A DNA stretch of 64,000 nt from Stegostoma tigrinum (taxonomy: Eukaryota): NCBI RefSeq assembly GCF_030684315.1, contig NC_081373.1:47878066-47942065 (forward strand), read 5' to 3'. Position 1 is the stretch's first letter; each line of letters opens with the position of its first letter. The translations under genes were made by a program, and so were the position numbers. The notes beneath the pieces are model-generated. The model saw only the letters and a list, made by a program, of their open reading frames with translations, was not told where the DNA came from and made no database searches. Of this stretch, positions 39,261 to 50,619 are shown one piece after another.

Positions 39261-41054
39261 ACAATGACTGTCAACTAGCATCTCACTGCTGCCTAGAATC
39301 AATCTCGTCACAATGCTTGTGAAAATTTTATATCGATGGACAGAGAGGACCTTCCCGCACGAGTTGCCCCATTCCATTACAAATCAGACATCCATAAGAT
39401 CCTGATACGACATTCAACTATTAAATTTTAACATTTTTGGATCTAGTACAGCTTTAACAAAGACTGTTCAAATGGTTCCTGTGTTCACAAAATGCTCCAA
39501 AGAGATTCTATACTGTCACATAAGGCATCCAGTTCATCTGTGCTAGCTCACAAGGACAAGCTCATGCAAGTTCTGGAATCATTGCTAAATGGAAGGCAAT
39601 TAAGGTAGAAATTCATTGCAGACAGTCACACAGACCAGGCAATATTAGATATTTTGTCTGTTATGCACAATATCAGATATTTAGTTCCGCTGCTGTTAAT
39701 TTAATTAGACATCAAGTGCTGTGAACAACAGGCAACCGAATCAATATCATCCTATCACTGCTCGACATGAATTTCTATCCCATTGACTTTAATCTATACG
39801 AATGCTGTTATGACTTGTTGGCTCTAAAAAAGGGCTCTCATACTAAACTCATCTGACCAGTCTCAGGCACTAATATTGACTGCAAATTTATATTCAGAAT
39901 ACAGTTACTGCTGAATTCCTATGGTCTGTTAAACTGCTTTTAATTCTCAGATAATTCAAACTGTTTGAAATATAGTCTCTCTGAGAGCCACATGTAACCT
40001 TCATTAACTCATGCATAAATTTAGTACAATGATGAAGAATGAAGGTAAAGGGGTATGAATTAATTTGGTTTCTTCGATCTCAAGGTATTGATTCCAATGT
40101 CGTTACAACATAATTTTGTTTGTAAAATACTGCCTGTATATCTCTGTATCAGATAGTTTCAGTTTGCTTAGAATGTAACTATCTCTACTGAACACGATTG
40201 CTATTCCAAACTTCTTAGGAACTGAAATTTCACCTCAGAAATTCAGGTCTGAGAAAGTCTCTTGAAGGTTAGGACAGCACGGAATCATTTGATGATCTGA
40301 TGCAATCTTATTTATGAGTAGATAATTGCAAACCTTGAATAAAATTGCTTCAGTATCTTAAATCATTACTGCTAACCTTGTACATGATTAGCCCATTAAT
40401 CCATGTAGCATCATTCTTTTTTCATTCCTTGCACATTATGTTTCTCCTCATTATTAGTGCAGGTTAGCCATGTTAAAATGAAAGTCAATGCAAATGGAAC
40501 TTTTGTGATAGGTGTAATATTCACAGGCCAGGCATGGGGGTTGGATTACCCATGGTTGTGGTCTGTTGGTATGGGCAAGGATGGTTATTGAATTCTTCCT
40601 GAGCAGTAAGCAGTCCTCGAAATGTATAATTCAGGTATCAAATGGTTCAATTTGCCCTTATTTAGTCACTATGGAACAGAGAAGAAGTCCATTGTGTGCT
40701 GCAACAGGAAAAATCAATAAAGACAGGTCAACACATACTGAACAGCAGCCCAGGCATTTATTAACAGTCATAGATGGTCACTGATCTCAATCCTAATTGT
40801 TATGACTCATGTGAATTTACAAAGTGCAGTTACTGAACATTGACTGAAGGCTTTCAAAAGCCCAATGCCTTTATCTTGGTAAGGTCAACAAGAAGGTTCA
40901 TTTTGGATGTCCACATGATTCGATTTTCATGCACGTCTTAACGTTGATGTGAATTTCACTCAAACATAACTCATGCAAATATGTAAGTGGAGGTCTTAAG
41001 GCACTTGGACAGCCCTGACTATAATTATAGCAATTTTTCATAAACTTGCTCAGC

Positions 41055-41257
41055 TGTGTTGTGACACATCTCAGGAGCAGGTGGTGTTTGAACCTGGGCT
41101 GCCTGGCTCAGAGATAGGGGCTACCACTGTACCAAGAGAGACCACAGAATTTTTTCTGGATTTGATATTCACCATCTGCTATGGTGAGATTCAAACTCCA
41201 GACCTTACTCTGAGATTATAGATGATTAGTCCAATGACAATACCTCTATATCACTGC
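41055..41257 (-). mobile_element. Two adjacent tRNA-SINE head fragments
   Basis: Minus-strand B-box-like ggttcaaacacc and gagtttgaatctc; second matches the SINE at 42478 and 63818. Confidence 0.55.
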
Positions 41258-42059
41258 CTCTCTCTCTCCACCAAGAGCTTTCATGCCTATTTTTAGGCCC
41301 AATCTCAAAATACACTGGAACTCAGCACCATAACCTCCGCTCATGGGCTCCACTGCCCATTGGATTCATGTAGATTGCCAATGGGCCCGGATCCTGCACT
41401 CTGCAGTACAGAGAAAGATAGAAAATAGGGGCAGCAGTAGCAGGCCATTCAGCCCTTCGAGCCTGCTCTGCTATTCAATGTGAACAGAGTTGATCATCCA
41501 ACTAAGTATCCTATTCCCACTTCCTCTCCATACCCTTTGATCCCTTTATCCCTAAGGATGATACATAACTCCTTGTTGAAAACATTCCACATTTTGAGCT
41601 TAACCGTGCAATCCGTGGGGATGCCGAGTGGCATAGCACATTGCCATCGGAGCAAACACCCATCTTAGACAACATGAGCTTGAGGTCTGCCTGACAGGAA
41701 AGTGGTTCTTGACATACAAACATATCAGTCAGGAGTGAAACTAGGCCATTCAGCTCTCAGCCTCATCAGTTCCTCAAATAATGCCACGTTGATCCGGTTA
41801 TAATCACAAATCCACATTTCCGCCTGCCTCTAACAACCTCTCGTCCCCTTGTTTAAAAAGAATCTATCTACCTCTGCATGAAAAATATTCAAGACTCTGC
41901 TTCCAATGCTTTATCAGGAAGAGATTTCCAAAGACTCATGACCTTCTCGTCTGAAAAGACGTCAGGTGATCTTTGTTTTAAATAGGTAGCCCATGATTTC
42001 TTTAGTAGCAGTGACGTCCTCATGTCGGACTCTCCCCTTCTTCCTTATCTGAGAAGACA

Positions 42060-42445
42060 AGTGTTTGGTCTGCTCCCCACTTTTTGAAGGTCACACCCCA
42101 TCATTGAACTACAATGTGCAGTACAAAACCCAAAGCCATGATACTGAAAACACTGTCCAGTGCCTGCTTTTCCTGAAGTAGCACAGACAATGAAAGTGCG
42201 TCTTCAGAAGACCATTCAATGATGGCCCTCATGTTTGCATGGGCAGCATGGTAGCGCAGTTGGATATTTGTCTTTGAGTTACTTCCTGGGGTTATTAGCC
42301 ACGCCCTCTGGGCATTCACCTTTGTCATCCACAAGACAGCATTGGCAATGCTATTGGAAATAAACCTTCGAGGAGCTTGGGACCTGTGCCGAATGTCAGG
42401 GTTGTAACAACTCACTGGATAACGGGCCACCACCAACAGGATTTG
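42060..42445 (-). pseudogene. Decayed Harbinger transposase C-terminal part
   Basis: VVARYPVSCYN (cf. ARYPGSCHD) and WLITP...QLRYHAAHANMRAIIE (cf. WLMTP...RYNxAHxxTRxxIE). Confidence 0.7.
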
Positions 42446-42477
42446 TTGCCTGTGATGACAATTGAGATGGGCTAGGC

Positions 42478-42790
42478 CACCATTTATTGCCCATTCCTAA
42501 TTGCTCAGCAGGCAGTTAAGAGTCAATCATATTGCTGTTAGTCTGGAGTCACATGTAGGCCATAACAAGCAAGTACAACAGATTTCCTTCTCTAAAGAAC
42601 ATTAGTGAATCAAATGGGTTTTTCTGACAATCAGCACTGGTTTCATTGTCATCATTAGACTCTTGACTCCAGATTCTTTATTGAATTCAAATTCCACCAT
42701 CAGCCATGGTGAGATTTGAACTCAGGTGCTCAGAAAATTACCCTGGTTGCTTGGTTAATAGTCTAGTGATAATACTACTAGGTCATTGCT
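42478..42790 (-). mobile_element. tRNA-derived SINE with L2-like tail
   Basis: Reverse complement matches 63818-64000 (ctagtagtattatcact...gttcaaatctcaccatgg...gagtctaatgatgac). Confidence 0.7.
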
Positions 42791-42966
42791 TCGCAGTTAA
42801 AATTCCCCCTGAAAAATGAGTAAGACAAACAGTTGTTAGCCCAAATGAGCTAGTCCTCTTTCCAGGTGAGTAGTGAGTTGTTTGTAGTTGAAAATCCCTT
42901 TTATTTCTCTGGACATTGTCACTAAGTGAATGCTATAATTGGAAAATTAAGGTAAGAAAACAATAG

Positions 42967-43149
42967 AGATAATGGGAACTGCAGATGCTGGGGAATCCGA
43001 GATAAGACAGTGTGGAGCTGGATGAACACAGCAGGCCAAGCAGCATCTTAGGAGCACAAAATCTGATGAAGGATCTAGGCCTGAAATGTCAGCTTTTGTG
43101 CTCCTAAGCTCGGCCTGCTGTGTTCATCCAACTCTACACTTTCTTATCA
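42967..43149. mobile_element. Palindromic mini Penelope-derived insertion with perfect 14-bp TSD
   Basis: taagaaaacaatag at 42953-42966 and 43150-43163; inverted arms; CTGATGAaggatctaggcctGAAAtgtc at about 43063-43090. Confidence 0.85.
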
Positions 43150-43326
43150 TAAGAAAACAATAGCTTAGTTTAAAACAATGGGTTATGATTTGTAATGGCT
43201 TTGCTCTATATTCATTATACATTAGAAGAATCGAATGTTCCTTTCCTAAACACCCTTGGTATGGTTTTGTGAAGGCAAACATGATATGTTGGTAGAAGTG
43301 TTCAAAACTTCATACGGGGGGCTTAC

Positions 43327-43400
43327 CCAGGTTCATAATTGTAGTATTCCTGTGCATAGTAGTCCTGGCCAGGATCAATCCCTGATTCCATGGAGAGTTC
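43327..43400 (-). CDS. PCDH15: PCDH15 74-nt exon ELSMESGIDPGQDYYAQEYYNYEP(G), phase 0 to 2
   Basis: tggcAG|GAA...CCT GG|GTaagc; GG+G joins in frame to exon 36544-36679; resembles recalled vertebrate ELSMESGIDPGQEY. Confidence 0.9.
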
Positions 43401-43601
43401 CTGCCATTCAGACAAAACGCATAATGGGTATTTGTGCTCATGTGTGACCATATTAATCTTTTGTCATCACTAACCACAAATACATATCAGGAGCAGATAA
43501 AGGATTGGAAAAGTTGATATTCTGAATGCAGAGAAATGTACATCTGCTAACTTGCCAGAAGGTTTTGATGAATTATTAAAACAATAGATAAACTATTGTA
43601 C

Positions 43602-43640
43602 CTCAGGTCTAAGCAGCGAGGGCCTCAGTAATTGCTGTTG
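43602..43640 (-). CDS. PCDH15: PCDH15 39-nt exon QQQLLRPSLLRPE, phase 0 to 0
   Basis: Long polypyrimidine tract and ttccAG acceptor, GAG|GTacaa donor; in frame with neighbours; resembles recalled LLRPSLLKPE. Confidence 0.85.
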
Positions 43641-43794
43641 CTGGAAAAGAGTTGTAAGAAAGAAAAGAACAAAAAGGAGGAGGTGGTAAAAGAGGTAATA
43701 TTTGGAAATCTTTGGTTGACTTTTAAGCATCAGATATCTGAAGTAGTAGGATATACAGAAAGATGAATCATCAGCAAAAAAGTGAGATTCTTAC

Positions 43795-43816
43795 CTCCTG
43801 TTGTCCATATCCCCTC
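43795..43816 (-). CDS. PCDH15: PCDH15 22-nt microexon (x)RGYGQQE, phase 2 to 0
   Basis: ttctttgcAG|GAGGGGATATGGACAACAGGAG|GTaaga; 22+39+74 = 135 nt keeps the frame. Confidence 0.75.
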
Positions 43817-44960
43817 CTGCAAAGAATTGTATACAAATAACACATTTTAAAATGCAACCAAAATTTAATTTGAAACTATTAAACAGATAATGACGTTATT
43901 AACTTATAGCATTAATATTGCGGTTTAACCTTTAACATTACCAATATAAAAATGAAATGTTCATTATGGAATAACAATCATTGTGCCTTCATTTGAGCTA
44001 AGAGAATAGTGCAGTGAGTGCATTATTGTGCCTTTGATATGAATCGCTCTATCACATTGAAGCTACATAACTAATAGTAACTATTATTCATCATACATTC
44101 AACAAAACAATTAAATTCTTTACTTATTTTCTAAACGTAAAATTAAATATTAAATATTTTATCAGGAAGCCCTAACTTAAGGGAATCTTATCAAAATCTT
44201 GACTTGTATTCCGAGAATCCAGTATTACAGTGATATAATTATTTTAAAGTAGCTGATATATGAGAATATCATAGAATAAAGAACAGTACTACAGAGGAAC
44301 AGGTCCTTCACCCTGCGATGTTGTGCCAAACATGACACTAAGTCAAACTAATCCTTTCTGGCTGCCCACGGTTCATTTCTCTCCATTCCTTGCTTATTCA
44401 TGTGCTTTTCTAAAAGCGCCTTTAATTCCCCCTTGCCATATGCATATTCTCTTCCAAGCCACACACTACGTAATTTGGAATTGCATAGCTGTTCCTTGAC
44501 TGCCACTGGGCCAACATCATTGGAATTGTCTTCCCAACAACATGGAACTGCAATGAATCAAGATGGCACCTCATTACCATCTAGTCAAGGGCAATTAGGG
44601 ATGGGCAATAAATGCCAGCCTTCCCAGCAACACTCTCAGTGAATAAAAAAAATACGATATGTATTACCGATTCAAAGCTACTTAGAGTTGTCCTCCTATG
44701 TATATATTTGAGATGCAAATGTCCTTTAGTACTGTTCTTGCTTCATAAGGATTACTGTCACAAATTACTGTGGAAGCTCTTATCCAGGAATGTATCAAAA
44801 TGCTGAAAGCAGTCTCAGATGGTCAACCATGACAGGTAAATGTAAAATAGTTGTGATTTAAATGTATAGATGCACTTGATTTCTGTGGAAAAGGAATGGT
44901 CCCACTTTAGAAATGAAATAATCTTATTTGCTTTCTGAGAACAATCTCACATCAGGCTGA

Positions 44961-45207
44961 GATAGTATGCACTGTCGATGCTGGAGATAACAGAGCATGG
45001 AGCTGGAGGAATATAGCAGGCTAGGCAGCATCAGAGGAGTAGGAATGCTGACATTTCCTATTTCTGAACTCCCCTTCCCCTGCCCCCATTTTCGAACTCC
45101 CTTCCCTTTCCCCCATTTCTGGAGAAGGGTCCTGACCCGAAACATCAGCTTTCTTGGTCCTCTGATGCTGCCTGGCCTGCTGTGTTCCTCCAGCTCCAAA
45201 CTGTGTT
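44961..45207. mobile_element. Palindromic mini Penelope-derived insertion with degenerate 17-bp TSD
   Basis: atctcacatcaggctga (44944-44960) versus atctcacaacagactga (45208-45224); inverted arms; internal duplication of about 29 nt; CTGGAGA-aGGGTCctGACCC-GAAAC at about 45119-45143. Confidence 0.75.
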
Positions 45208-48094
45208 ATCTCACAACAGACTGAATATCTCAGCTTGTGCATGGCAAAAGGTGTAATGTGCAGTGCTATCCAACAAACAAGAGAAACACAACAACTTAGA
45301 TTCTTGTGAGTTATAATATTCCAAGTCACATTCTGTAATTAATTACTGTGATTCACATTTAGAAGGGAAAGCAAGGCAAGAGAATAAAAAAGTTCAAAAT
45401 ATTTCAGTAAACACATTTGCGTACACAGCGGAGAAATGGAAAGGCATGATTGATGATTTATTGTCATGAATAAAGTCACAATCTGCATAGACTAAAAATT
45501 AGAATTCAGTGCCAGCATATGATGATCAAAAGCAAATTACTCCAATTGTCCTCTGATGTGAAAGTAATGAGGAATTAATATGTAGATTTATCAAGATGGA
45601 TAATTTGATGTTCACAAAAGGCTACTTAATATTATCTTGCATCTGGCATCTCCAAACAGTGATGCACAGAATTTGTTTGCAAGGCTAAAACAGACAATTT
45701 TATTGTGTTAACCAATGCACAATGCTTTAAGGGTGTGTTAATGGTTACATACTGATACTTAATCAGTTAATCAGCTTTTAACCCTTCATTGCACAGAGGC
45801 ATCAAATGTTTAGTGCAGGCCAAAAAAAAAGTACAGTTTAAGTGATTATTGTTAGAATTAGTGCTTTTCAAAACAACTTGAAGCTTTTAGTCCTGTAGTA
45901 AAGATTATTTTTTAATTGAAGATTAAGCATCATGCCCTGGAGTTTTCGAAACAGGGAATGAGATCAACATCTCACTTTCAGTGGAATTTACAGCAGGTTA
46001 GAATGAAACAATAGAATTACACAAACCAGAAAGGTATCTGGCGCTTAGTTTCTTTGTATCAAACTTTCTATCCTTACCTACTCTCTACTGAAGAAAAATT
46101 GAAAAGGTATCACTGGGCTTGAAAACTCTTATATTGAAAATATGTAAAATTGGGAAGCAGTGATTTGATGATGCAGAAATAAAATTTCGATAAAAGAGAG
46201 TCAGGACCAAACTTGGACCTAGAGTCATAGAGATTTACAACATGGAAGCAGATGCATCGGTCCAACTCGGCCACGTTCACCAACTCGTCCAAATTAAACT
46301 AGTCTGGCCTGCCTGTGTTTGGCTCATATCCACCTAAACCTTTCATATTTGTGTAATTGTCCAAATGTCTTTTCAATTTTGTAACCGTACATGCATCCAC
46401 TACCTCCTCTGGCAGTTCACTCCATATATAAACCACACTGTGTGTGAAAATGTTGCCCCTTAGATCCATTTTAAATTTTTCTCCTCTCACCTTAAAAATA
46501 TGCCCTCTAGTTTTGAATTCCTCGACCTGAGGGAAAAGACCTTTGCTATTTGCCTTCTCTATTCCCCTCATGATTTTATTAACCTCTCTAAGGTCACCCC
46601 TCAAACTTCTACACTTCAGCCTCTCCCTATAACCCAAATTCTCCAGTCCCAGAAACATCCTGGTAAGTCTTCTTTGAATCCACTTCAATTTAATAACAGC
46701 ATTCTTACTTCAAAATGACATCCCAACTCCTATACGTAATGGTCTGAGCAATTAAGGCAAGTGTGCTAAACACCTTCTTAATGACCATGTCCATGTGATG
46801 CAACTTTCAAAGAACAGTGTCCCTGAACCCCTAGGTCTCTCTGTTCAACACTAACCAGGGCCCTACGATTAAATGTATATGTCCTGCCCTTGTCTGTTTT
46901 ACCAAAACACATTACCTCGCACCTATTCAAATTAAACTCCAACTGACACTCCTCAGTCACTGGCCCAATTTTGTGTCATGTGCAATCTTATTAGCCAAGC
47001 TTCCCAAATTCTTATCCAAATCACTTACATAAATGATAAACAAAGTGGGCCCTGCACTGATCCCTGCAGAACATCATTGGTCACAGGACACCAGTCCAAA
47101 GAACAACCCCCTCACCACTACCCTCTATCTCACAACCATCCAGCCAATTTTGTATCCAATGGGCAAGCTCTTCCTGAATGCCACGTGATCTAACTTTAGC
47201 AATTAGTCTGCCATGTGGAACCTTGTCAAAAGCTTTACAAGACAATGTCTCCTGTTCCACCCTCATCAATCTTTTTGGTTACATCCTCAAAAAACCGAAA
47301 AAAATTTGAGAGACACAATTTCCCACACACAAACCCACGCTAACTATGCCTAATCAGTCCTTGCTTCTCCAAATGCATGAAAATACAATTTCTCAGAATA
47401 CTCTCCAACAACTTACACACTACTGATGTCAGGTTCACTGGTCTAATGTTCCCAGTTTTCTCCTCATAGCCTTTCTTAAATAAAGGCATACAATTAGCCA
47501 CCCTCCAGTCCTCTGGCAGCTGAACCATGGCTGTAGATAATACAGGTATCTCCCACAACTTTTCCCCCTAACTTCCTACAATATTCTGGGATACACTTGA
47601 GATATATCTCAGAGATATATCCACTTTTATGTTTGTTGAGACCTCCAGCACCTCCCCATCTCTAATGTGGACTGTTTTCAAGGTACCTGAGTTATGTCAC
47701 CTTCATTTCTTTGTCCACAATAAAAACTGATGCAAATTGTTTGTTTAGTATCTCTCTCATGCCCTGTAGTTCCACACATAGACAAATTTGTTGATTTGTA
47801 TTCTCTCCCCAGTTGCTCTTTTGTTGTCTATGTGCTTGTAGAATTTTTTTGGGGTTACCCTTTACCTTTTCCACCAAGGCTTTCTTATATCTCCTTCCTG
47901 CCCTCCTGATTTCTCTCTTAAAAATGTCCCCACACTCTTTATACTCTTGAAGAGATTCACTTGATCCCAACTGTCCATACCTAATATATGACTTCTTCTT
48001 ATTCTTGACCAGGGCTTCAATATCTTTATTCATCCAATGTTCCCTACTCTTACCAGCCTTGTCCTTCAGACAGGAACATAATGCCTCTGAACCA

Positions 48095-48698
48095 GTAGGT
48101 GTGGAATGGAAAAGCACATCAGGTCAGACAGCATCTGAGGAGCAGGAAAGTCAACGTTTCAGGCCAAAACCCTTCATTAGGACTGGGAGGGCAAGGTGAG
48201 ATCAGTAATAAATAAAGGGAGGGTGTTGGGGCTGGGCAGGTGGAAGCAGGCAGGGGTTATTGTGATTGGTCAGTGGGAAGGGTGGAGCAGATAGCTGAGT
48301 AGGAAGATGGACAGGTTAGGTCAGGTCAGGGAGGCGAGGAAGAGGCGGAGGGCTGGACATGGGATAAGATTAGGGATGGAGGGATTTTGAAGCTGTTGAA
48401 GTAAATATTAAGGCCACTGGGCTGTAAGATCCCAAGGTGAAATATCAGGTGTTCATCCTCCAGTTAACATTTGGCCTCACTCTGGCAGTGGAGGAGCCCC
48501 TAAGGATAAACATGTCCTCAGGGGTGTGGGAGGGGTAGTTAAAATGGACAGCAACCGGAGGGTCGGGTTGGTTGGTGTGTTCAGAGTGCAGATACTGTGT
48601 AAACTAGTTCCTGAGCCTGTGTTTGGTCTCTGAGATATAAAGGAGACTATATCAGGAGCAATGGATACAATAGATGAGGTTGGATGGGTGCAGGTGAA
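48095..48698 (-). mobile_element. Nested Penelope-like 3' fragment
   Basis: Diverged homolog of 13700-14390; minus-strand ctaatgaagggttttggcctgaaacgttgac hammerhead-like motif. Confidence 0.7.
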
Positions 48699-48704
48699 TC
48701 TCGG

Positions 48705-49078
48705 CTCAAATAGCTCAGTAGCAGCAGTGTTTACTATCTACAAGGTGCACTGCAGAAATTCACCAAAGATCCTCAGACAACACCTTCCAAACTTTCATCT
48801 AGAAGGACAAGGGCAGCAAGCATATGGGAACACCACCCCCTTTAGGTTCCCCTCCGAGGCACTCACCATCCTGACTTGGAAATACATCGCTGTTCCTTCA
48901 CTGTCACTGGGTCAAAATCTTGGGACTTCTTCTCTAATAGCATTGTGGGTCAACAGACAGCAGGAGGACTGTAGCGGTTCAAGAAGGCAGCTCACCACCA
49001 CCTTCTCAAGAGCAACTAGGGATGGGCAAAAAATGCTGGCCAGCCAGTGACGCCCACATCCCACAAACGAATAGAAAA
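48705..49078 (+). mobile_element. Nested L2-type LINE 3' end
   Basis: SVAAVFTIYKVHCRNSPKILRQHLPN; tail ggttcaagaaggcagctcaccaccaccttctcaag...gacgcccacatccc. Confidence 0.7.
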
Positions 49079-49479
49079 AAAAATCATTTGCCTTGCCTTA
49101 TTTCCAAAGCAAAGGTCAACTTTTTGCTCCATCTCTACTAATTACGTATTGATAAAAAAATGTTTTCTTGAACATATTTAACAAATTCCTCACCATCCAA
49201 GCCCTTGAAATGATGGCCATCCCAATCTACTTTTGGGAAGTTAAAATCCCCTACAATTATAACTCTATTATCTCTACATATGTCTGAGATCTCTTTACAT
49301 ATTTGCTCATCAATTTCCTGCTGACTTTTGGGGGACTTACAATTATTCAATTTCATCAAGGTGATCATCCTTTTCTTATTTCTGTGTTTGATCCATACAG
49401 CTTCAATGGATGATCTTGCTGATATATCCTAAGAACAGCAGTAATGTTTTCCTTAATCACAACGAGTCCACGATGACTC

Positions 49480-49975
49480 TTACCATTTTTTATAGACACA
49501 GCACAGAAAGCATCCTATCCAGGATTCAACACGGACCAGGGTGACAACTCCTCTGCCCAGACTGCTAGAAATTATAGAGAGTTGTGAGCATGCAAACTAG
49601 CCTTCCTTCCAAAAACTCCATCTATATTTCCTGCTGTCTTGGGAAAGCAGCCATCATAATCAAAGACCCTACCCTCCCTAGTGAAACTTTCTTCCACCCT
49701 CTTCCATCAGGCAGATGATATAAAAGTTTGAAAACATATACCAACAGATTTAAGAACAGCTTCTTCCCTGTTGTTAATAGACTTATGAATGGACCTCCCA
49801 TATATATAAACGATCTTTCTCTGCACTTTCTTCGTAGCTGTAATATTATATGTTGCATTCTGTTCTATAACCCTGAGGTACTCATGTAGGGTAAGATTTG
49901 CCTGGTCAGCATGCAACACAACGCTTTTCACTGTATCTTGGTACATGTGACAATAATAAATAATAAATTTTAAAA
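49480..49975 (+). mobile_element. Nested Rex1/Babar LINE 3' end
   Basis: aaagcagccatcataatcaaagaccc...agaacagcttcttccctg...gtacatgtgacaataataaa. Confidence 0.7.
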
Positions 49976-50619
49976 ATCAAAAGCACCAACACCTTCCTTT
50001 CTTGCCTCCCTTTCTATCCTTCCTATAGCATCTAAACTTTTGGAACATTGAGCTGCCAGTCCTATCCTCCATGAGCTATGTTTCTGTAATGGCTACCTAT
50101 CATTGTTTTGAGGCTGGGAATGATAGGCTGGCACTGAAGAAGGTGCAGACAGTCTAGATTTGATAGTTGGGATACACAGAGGGGGAAGAGGATTTAAATA
50201 CAGTCTTTGGGATTTAGGAATGTAGCCATGTTGAAAACCGTACTGACCATAATGGGGAATGTCTAACTTTGAAGGTAATAACTATAAAATAATAAAATAA
50301 TAAAAGGTAATAAAATAATTTGAGAATGAGAAGCAGCTTCAATAAGTTTAAATGCAATGGTAGCTTTCTTTTCGGTAGAGGAAGTGGGAAATATATGAAA
50401 CTGCCTGCAGTGGTAAAGGAGGAGCTACTGTATCATGGTTGGGGAGTTAGAAATGCTGTCTAAAAGCTTAGTCAAAAATGGATTTTGGGAAGCTTTCAAA
50501 ATAGTCAGAAAAATTGAGAAGCATAATATACATTAGGGACGAGGAGGAAGGAACCCACAGGCATTGTTTTTAGGATGAATCAATGAGAGGCAGATGCACA
50601 ACTGGTCAATGTTCATGAA

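Larger units (their letters stand above)
46222..50100 (-). mobile_element. Older long CR1 LINE (APE plus RT, decayed) broken by three nested insertions
   Basis: RVIIVGDFNFPKVDW, PEDWRVAN..PLFKKG, KAFDKVPHGRL, IQRRLTRM motifs in fragments; tail ctctatgactct near 46222. Confidence 0.8.
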
